A DNA stretch of 64,000 bases, taken from Diplonema japonicum. Lineage: Eukaryota; Protista; Euglenozoa: Diplonemea. The stretch's first letter is position 1. Every line of letters begins with the position of its first letter. Made by a program: the position numbers and the translations under genes. The notes under the pieces are model-generated. The model was not told where the DNA came from. It saw only the letters and a list, made by a program, of their open reading frames with translations, and did not search any database. Positions 56,469 through 64,000 of the stretch are shown piece by piece. The stretch covers positions 248,001-312,000 of the forward strand of contig OZ025670.1 of NCBI GenBank assembly GCA_964019335.1, in the 5' to 3' direction.

Positions 56469-58279
56469 ATGCAATCAGTATCCAGCCAGAAGCTCGTCCC
56501 CTGCAAAGAGAAGCTCGCGTTGGCGTGCGACATTGTGCAGGAGCACTTCGGAACAATCCCAGGGATGGTGGTGAAGAGGCTGCTGAACCAGGGCCCGGCT
56601 ACTCTAACTCAGCTGGCAGCTTTTTGCAGTTCGGCCTTCACGCACAAAGGAGGAGGTATCAAAAAAAAAAAAAAAAAAAAAAAAAGATTTTTTTTAAATT
56701 TTCATTTCTTCCCACAGCAAACTCCCTTCGTCGAGCGCTCATCGTCCTCATCCACCACAGCCTTGTTTTCTTCAGAGCAGGTGCCCCGCCAGTGTACTAC
56801 TGCCTACCTGACGCCGTGCTCCTGCGCATCAGGCATCCTATGATGATCCTGACGGGGAAGGAACGGTTTGGAGATGACGGTGCGCTCATTGCAAAGCTTT
56901 TGTTGCAGCATGGGAGGCTCACCGAGCTCAGGCTCATCGACATGATTCTCAATGACCCGTCTTCACCCGTGTCGCACCTCCCGAACGACAGGATGGCAAA
57001 GAAGAAAGAATCGCTCAAAGCCACCATCCAAAACATGATCAAGTTCTACTACATCGAACACTGCCCTCAGTGCTCAATGACCGTCGCAGCGGGAGAGAAG
57101 TTGGAAGGGCTGGCCGCGTACGAGGCAGCGTTGAAGGCAAAAACAAAGAGCCGATCGCGAAAGCGTGAGGAGGAGCCTGAAAAGCCGGCGAAAAAATCAA
57201 AGAAAATCGAAACAGACGAGGACGGCTGGGCGACCGCAGGGGTGGCGGTGAAAAAAGAAGAAACCGGCGACAAAAAAAACCCCCCCGCCACTGGCCAGGA
57301 CGAGCCGCAAACCGCGACATCAGAGCTCAGGGTCAACGTCGTGAAGTTCCTGCAACACACGAAAAACCATGAAATCGTGGAAGTGGTCCGCCGTCTTGTG
57401 AACGAGCATGCTGCAAGCGTGGTGGGGACGTACCTCATGCAACCGCAGCGGGTGACCTTGACACAGCCCACCGAGGTATGTTTTTCACCATCATCATGAT
57501 TCCCTCCAGATCGAAACTAGTGTAGCGTGCATCCTACCCTTCCCCAAGCTGTCTCCTGCGTCAAAGCTCGATGCGATCCATCACTTCATCACCAGCAGCG
57601 ACGTTGCCAAGCGGCTCAGCGACATCGTGCACACCTTGGAGAACAATGTCACCCAGCTCAATCATATGCCGGTCATGAGGAAGGTGTCCTCCAGCCAGGG
57701 GTACGCCGTCAATACGGTATGTTGAAAACACAACGAAAAAAAAAAAATCTTTTTTTTTCTCCCTCACAGGATGTCATTTCACAGTCGATCAAGGCGACGC
57801 AGGTAGAGTACGTGCTCGGCAGGAAGTTCGGTACCCTCGCAAAACGGATATTTCGCATCCTTCTGAACAAGAAAGTTCTCGAGGAACGGGAGATCGTCTC
57901 GCACGCCCTTGCCTCCGAGGCAGAGGTTCGACACCTTCTCTACAAAATGAAGGCGACAGGCTACCTCGCTGTCCGAGAGCTTCCCATGACCAACGACAGC
58001 AACCCCAACAAGACCTTCTATCTGTGGTTCACCCCCCTTGAAAACGTGCAGGCACGACTTTTGGAAGAAATGTACAAAACGCTCAGGAATCTCTACCGTC
58101 GCAGGATTCACGAGTGCAAAGAAATCACACCTTTGCTGGAGCGCACCCAACAGGGCGGCGGCCATGGGCTTACGGAGGCGGAGTCAGAACTGGTTGCGAA
58201 GTGGAACACTACCCAGGAGACCATCGGATTTTCAGTCGTGTCACTGTACGACTCGGTAGTAGCGATGGAGTTCTTTTGA
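56469..58279 (+). CDS. POLR3C: RNA polymerase III subunit C82/RPC3
   Basis: IVQEHFG..V..LL..G..TL; LRRALIVLIHHSLV; KFG..A.RIFRILL..LEE..ELP..P.KTFYLW. Introns 56656-56717, 57476-57509 and 57717-57769. Confidence 0.9.
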
Positions 58280-58356
58280 TGAGTGTTTCATTCATATTTA
58301 CAATTTATTTTTTTTTACATTTTTTGAGTGTTCCATCGCAGGGGTCCTACCATAGC

Positions 58357-61300
58357 ATGGATCTCTCGACCCCCAGAAGACGAGGGGGGGGCACGCCCAG
58401 GAGCGTCAAGGACAGAGTGGAAAAAACAGCAGCCACGGCGGATCGCATCGCACGCTTGGTGGAGTCAATGCACCAGAAGTTGGAAGTGGTGGAAGCTGAC
58501 AAGATGACAATCCAGCAACAGATGGAGGAGAAGCTCCAGAAATTAGACGTTTTAGAGAAACGGAACGAGAAGTTCGAGTCGATTGCTGAGCGGATGAAGG
58601 CAGAAACGATCCGCATCAGAGAGAAGGAGGAAGACATTGGGAGGCGTGAGTCTCTCCTCAAAGAAAAACTGTCCAGCCCCGTCATCCTCACTGTCGACAC
58701 TGTCAGGGTGCTTTATCAACGCATTGTAGACCTCGGTCAAGGCGTTGCGACACGGGCCGCCCTTCTCCACGCCCTTAGGACTGACGATGAGATACGCGGG
58801 ATCTTCCAGGACAGTCGTAACACCCAAGCCAGCCGATACTTCGAGAAGCTCTTTCAAAATTGCGAGCAAGACGACAGGGAAGAAGTCACCTGGAGTGAGT
58901 TCAAGACCACAGTCTTTGGGCACGACCCGGGTACTCCGCAGTCCGAGCGTTCCCCTACCATCGAAAGCCTCGTTTCAGCCCCGGATCCCTCGCCCCCACC
59001 ACCCCGTCAGCCTGATTTGTCACCGATGATGGGCATCGAAGGCACCCCCCACTACGCTCGGGACCCTTCGCCCCCTGCAGCATCTCACCACTCCTCCGCA
59101 TCCAGCCGTAGTTCCACGCCACGCACCACCGAGATGCAGCTTTCTGCTATGGCCAGTATCCTGTCAGGTTCCGGGATCGACCCTCACGCTGACATCATGC
59201 TGCCTGTGAAGCTGGCGTGTGCCAACGGGGTCCCTTTTGTTGACCTAACCTTCCCTCCTGCCCTGTCATCCGCGAGCGCCGACTGTGTCTGGTCACGAGC
59301 TGCCGGCACGCTCCACCCCACGGGTCAGCCTACTTCCATTGCCGTAGTCAGTGGTATCAGCAGCAACAGGAAGTTCCTCAGCGTCTTGTGCCTGATGGGT
59401 GTTCCTGAGAGCATGGTCGATGCTTCCCAATCATCTCTTTCGCAGGGCTACGCCAGTGTGCAGCTGGGCAGCGGTGTGGTCGTTGTCGACAACTTCTTCC
59501 CGTCGATCGACATGTGTGCTGTACACGCGTCGGCTGGCCCCTCACAGGTGTGGATCATGCTTGCGGAGAAGGCCCTTGCGAAGGTGAAAGGCTCTTATGC
59601 TTTGCTGGAGCAGAGCAGAGACGAGCTTGCTGCCATCGTGAAGCTTGTGAACCCTGAAGCACAGACGGCCTCGTTCCCGATGTCGATGGACACGATTATT
59701 GATTTTGTGCACTCGGCTGAAGCGAACCACCTCCAACTCCTTACGCCCCTCCCCACTGCGGTTTCAAAATTAGGCGATGTTGGCAGCATATACTGCGTAG
59801 AGGCTGTGCATCCAAAGGGGGAGACCAGCCTCGACAGGATGCACTGCCTTGTGTGGTGCCCCGTCATTTCGCAAGGCGCGGAGGATGTAGAAGTGGACGC
59901 CCAGTGGATACCTCTCACTGACATGATGTGTTTCTTCTCCGGTTGGTCACTTGTTGACATTAAAAACTCTTTCGCGCAGCGCAAACCGCCCAGCCCGAGC
60001 TTTCCACCTCCGCCTGTCAACATGGACACGACCCTTGAGAGCGGGATCTCAAATATCAAGCCCGAAGAGTCCCTCGATAGCAAGGAGAAATCAACAGGCG
60101 GAGCAGAGCTAGGAAACTGGCAAGATGCGATGGCCGCTATGATGATGAACAACACTGCCGTGGTGAAGGAGGTGCAGGCACACAAGCACGAAGCAGAAGC
60201 TGCTAACAAGGAAGTGCTGCGTCTGATCAACGAACTCGAGGAAGCGAAGCACCAGCTCGTGTCCGAACGGGAAATGATGACAAGGCACATGAACAACGAG
60301 AAGGCTGCCACAGAACAGCTGAACAACGAACGCATGCTGCTGGAAGAAGAGATCTCTCAAGAAAGGCAGGCAAAATCTTTAGTGTTGCAGGAATTGAGCA
60401 ACATCGAAGCGATAAAGAATGCTGTTGAGGAAGTCGTTTCGTCGGTGGAGTGCCCTGGTGATGTGGTGCAGAGAGTGCAGTACGTAACCGATATGCTTGA
60501 CATGGAGCGACAGGAGAAGGCGTCCATGGTGAAGTACGAGGTGGGCACAGACGCCAAGGGGGAGAACCTCATCGTGTGGGGCAGAACATGGCGGGCAACT
60601 GACGGGCTCACCGAGTCTGAAAGCACCATGCAAAAGACAATTGAGCAGATGGCTTCTGAGCTAAAGGAGTTGAGACAGCGGGTTTCTTCAATGGACACTG
60701 AACTCGTCGGCCTTCGGAACGAGAGGGAACTGCTTAAAGTCGAGAACTTGAAACTTGAAACCGATCTGAAAACAGCAGCAGAGGTGTACGAGGAGAAACT
60801 ACAGGCAATCGAAAGGTTCACAAGTGAAGTGCAAACGTTTCAAGAAGATAAAGAGGCTCTGACTCATGACAAGGCGTCCCTGCAGGACCAAGTTGTCAAG
60901 GCGGAGCTTGCGTGCAATAGCAAAGAGGAGGAAATCCGACACCTGACAGAGCTGCTGCACGATTTGGATGCTACTTCTCGTCAGCAGATTTCAGAGGCGC
61001 AAGACCATGCTGAGAAGAAGATAAGCGAAAGTGTCGGACAGGTACGGCACCTGCAGGATTCCGTTGAGGAGACGCTGAAGGGTGCTGGCGACAGTTATAA
61101 CGCACTGAAACAGGAGTACGACGAACTACTCTTGGCAAAGACATCTGCGGACGAGTTACTGAAGAACGCAGAGAACAAAGCACGGGACTGTGAACAGGAG
61201 CTGAAAATCACGCTGACACAGATTGACCTGCAGCAGAGAGCTCACCTCAATGAAGTGGCTTCGCTAAGGGAGCTGCACGATGAGGACCAGGAACAGATCG

Positions 61301-62802
61301 CTGCCATGCGAGACGAACAGGCAGTGCACGTCAGGACCAGCGAGGACGAGAGGGAGCTACGACACGAGCTGAACACAGCAATGGCGCTACATGAAGAGCT
61401 CGCCAGGAAGCACACTGCTGTCGTCAAGGAAATGGAAGAGATGAGGGCGGAGAAGCGGGAAAGGAAGGACGAAAACAAAGAGCAGCAACAGAGGCAGCAC
61501 GACCTATTGCAGCAACAACAGCAACGCCACCAAGAACAAATACAACAACAGCAGAAAGCACAGCAAAGGCACTACGAACAGTGTCAACAGCAGCTGCAAG
61601 ACCAGCGGAAACAAATACAGCAGCAACAGCAACAGCTGCAGGAAAACCAGCAGCAGCGCGTTGTGAAGCAGGTATGGCTGACTGCGCACTTTAAACACCC
61701 CATGCAGGATGATGAACTGAGATCTGTATTACAAGAAATAGAACACCTCCGCAGGACGGTGAAGGTATCTTGCAATACCAAAAAAAAAAGCATCATATGA
61801 TAACCACCCACTCAGGAAGACGAATCGGTTAAAGCAGAGATGGAACAGCAGATCAATTCTGCGAGGGTGGAAATCACCGAGCTGCTACGGGAAATCAACG
61901 AGCGGCCGACCGTGTTAAAGGGCATTTCGCCGGCGAGGTCAGCATCGGCAGCATCTGTTTCGAGCACAGAGCGTGCGGAGCTGGCACGGTTGACGCAGGA
62001 GAACGAAGAGCTGAGAGCGGCGAACGAAAAATACCAAGAGTTCGGGCATATGGAGGTGATGTGCGATCAGTTGAACAACATGCAGCTGGACCTGAACCAG
62101 GCATTGCAAAGGGCAGCACGAGCTGAGGAAGCATTGGCTGCAAAATCCCCACCACTCAGATCTATTTCGCAACGATCAGATGCGGAGACAGGCCGGGTGG
62201 AATCGGAGATCGCTTTGAAAAGCGCAGAAATGTCAAGGAAGGACACGCGTATCAAAGAGCTAGAGATGAAGTATGACCTGCAAGGACGGGAGCTTGAAAT
62301 GGCGTTGGAACAAGTTGCACGGCATTATGATGAAATAAAACTTCGTGAAGAGCGTCTTGAGGTGTTCGCAAAAGACACGGTAACTCTGCAACGAAGGGTG
62401 CAGGAATTACTCTCGGCGACATCAAACAGAAAGGAAACGGAGGAGATTGCAAGGCTGAAGGGCGACTTGCTCGAGGCGAAGGAGCAACACCGGCAGGTTT
62501 CGATTAAGTGGAAAAGGGTAGCGACCACCCTTCAAGACGCCAAAAAGGAAGGTGACGAACTGCGAGATGCAATGAAAGTTGCAGCCAGAGAGATCACCGC
62601 ACTACACCGATCGCGAGAAGAGTTTAAAGCTTTCTCCGATGACCAAAACGTGCGCGTTTCAACCAGATTGGAGGAACAGGAAGAAGAGAACAAACACCTA
62701 CGCATGGAGATGCTCAAGGTTATCTCCGAGCGGAACATCTTGCACGAGGTATGATTGGCGAATGAGAAAAAAAAAAAAAAATAGGAACTAACTCGTCGCT
62801 AG
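58357..62802 (+). CDS. Large coiled-coil protein with an EF-hand-like region and a catalytically dead calpain-like domain
   Basis: FVDLTFPP..W.R, VVVDNFFP, WIMLAEKALAKVKGSY; catalytic Cys absent. Introns 61672-61707, 61765-61815 and 62749-62784. Confidence 0.8.
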
Positions 62803-63218
62803 GATCATTTTTGTTACTATTAAAAAAAAAAAAAGTTGATATCTATTTCGTGTCAAGAGGTTTTTTTTTTCTTTTTTTTTTGTTCCCTATTTAGACAGGG
62901 AGATCACACCTCCCCCCTATTTCATTTTTCCCTTTAGATAAAAAAAAAAATTAAGATTGTTGTTTCTGTAGAGAATTTATTATTCCTTTTCCCCCTTTCT
63001 CGGTACGTTTGTTTGTCACTACTATTAACAACGTGGCACGGTGCTTTTGCATTCTTCCCAGTGGGGGTGCGGTGGTTCGTATTGCCTTTTCTTTCTTCTT
63101 GTTTCCCATATTTTCTTTGGGTAGATTGTAATTTTGATATTTATTCTGACTTTGCTCTTTTGCTGCTTTGTCTTTAGCTCCTTTTTACAGTTTTTTATTT
63201 CCACACAAAACAAACACA

Positions 63219-64000
63219 ATGTCTGCCCAAATGATTGAAGTGCCGATGAAGTTCGAGCTTGTAAGGAACGGGGAAGTGGTGGAGACGCGGAGGACGCGCC
63301 TGGTGAACCCGTCGTTCGAGGCGGTGGCGGCAGTGGGGGCTGGATGGTCGAGGGGGAAGAGCACGACGCTGCAGTACGTGGACGACGAGGGGGACCTTGT
63401 GACGATGGACACTGAGGGGGAGTGGTGCGAGTGCATGCGCTTGTGGAGAGGAGAAGGGACGCTGAAGGTCCGTCTGGTGCTCCCCTCTCTTGAGGGTGGG
63501 AAGGGTCGTGGTCCCTGCTGGTGGAGGAAGGCTGAGAGGTGCAGGAGCAGATCTAGGAGCAGGAGCCGATCAGGGAGCAGGAGCCCAACCAGAAGGTGTG
63601 GCAAGAACTATGGTGTTGCCACGTGGTGGCAGAAATGGATGGGAGATACCACTGGTATGTGGGAGGAGTTCGGCGATGATAAGGAAGAAGACTCGTGTGA
63701 GGTGACAGCTACACAAGCCGTTGTGGTGGAGAAGATCCTGAAGAAGCTTCACGGAGAGGACACGATGGTGGCCCTTGCGAGCGGGACTGTTGACGCGAAG
63801 GCCCTCGGGTGCAAAGGGTGGCTTTCTGTGAAGGTTCTGGAGGACGGTGAAGTGGACCTGGACGTGAAGGTTCGGAAGCTGTACAACATGCTGCACCAGA
63901 AGGGCCTCGACTCCTTGCACTCGAAGGATGTTGAGGCTGTGGACTGGTTCACTCTGTGCACGGAGCTGGAGCCTTCTCGGTGTGTCGGTTGGTACAACCT
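63219..64000 (+). CDS. PB1-domain protein, partial (runs off the window)
   Basis: OPCA motif LQYVDDEGDLVTMDTEGEW, an RS dipeptide stretch and a TPR-like end; frame open to the window edge. Confidence 0.8.
   Translation, partial: MSAQMIEVPMKFELVRNGEVVETRRTRLVNPSFEAVAAVGAGWSRGKSTTLQYVDDEGDLVTMDTEGEWCECMRLWRGEGTLKVRLVLPSLEGGKGRGPCWWRKAERCRSRSRSRSRSGSRSPTRRCGKNYGVATWWQKWMGDTTGMWEEFGDDKEEDSCEVTATQAVVVEKILKKLHGEDTMVALASGTVDAKALGCKGWLSVKVLEDGEVDLDVKVRKLYNMLHQKGLDSLHSKDVEAVDWFTLCTELEPSRCVGWYN

Noticed and set aside
58114-58356. Calpain-like ORF start overlapping the RPC3 3' end
   Set aside because: The track start at 58114 is not an ATG and the extension crosses an AT-rich spacer; the ATG at 58357 after a T-rich tract and CAG is more plausible.
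3014-62802. Alternative genetic code, programmed frameshifting or non-canonical introns to explain broken ORFs
   Set aside because: Every break is resolved by a GT-AG intron, and TAA, TAG and TGA are all used as stops.
258-63997. Minus-strand ORFs in the track
   Set aside because: They are antisense shadows of + genes or low-complexity frames, and none has a recognisable domain.

Overview
Eukaryotic nuclear DNA from a flagellated protist (DRC1 and TMEM218 are present). About 33 protein genes lie head-to-tail on the + strand, with gaps as short as ~60-100 nt, and I can place 33 short (34-73 nt) GT-AG introns. This layout and the calpain-like and PARP-finger genes suggest a euglenozoan with cis-introns, most likely a diplonemid (inference). 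Non-coding DNA is dominated by long A, T, G and C homopolymers, and there is a 200-N gap at 25990-26189. Most notable: (1) many introns have a poly(A) tract instead of a polypyrimidine tract, end in AAG, and skip upstream AGs; (2) poly(A) runs abut start and stop codons; (3) a three-copy, ~110-155 nt intergenic element has covarying stems and an invariant 3' TGCACAAACAA; (4) an H/ACA-like hairpin has a pocket complementary to the SSU rRNA AAAGUCGUAACAAG segment; (5) a duplicated 76/77-codon ORF shows mostly synonymous divergence. All splice sites and RNA structures were read by eye and need RNA evidence.
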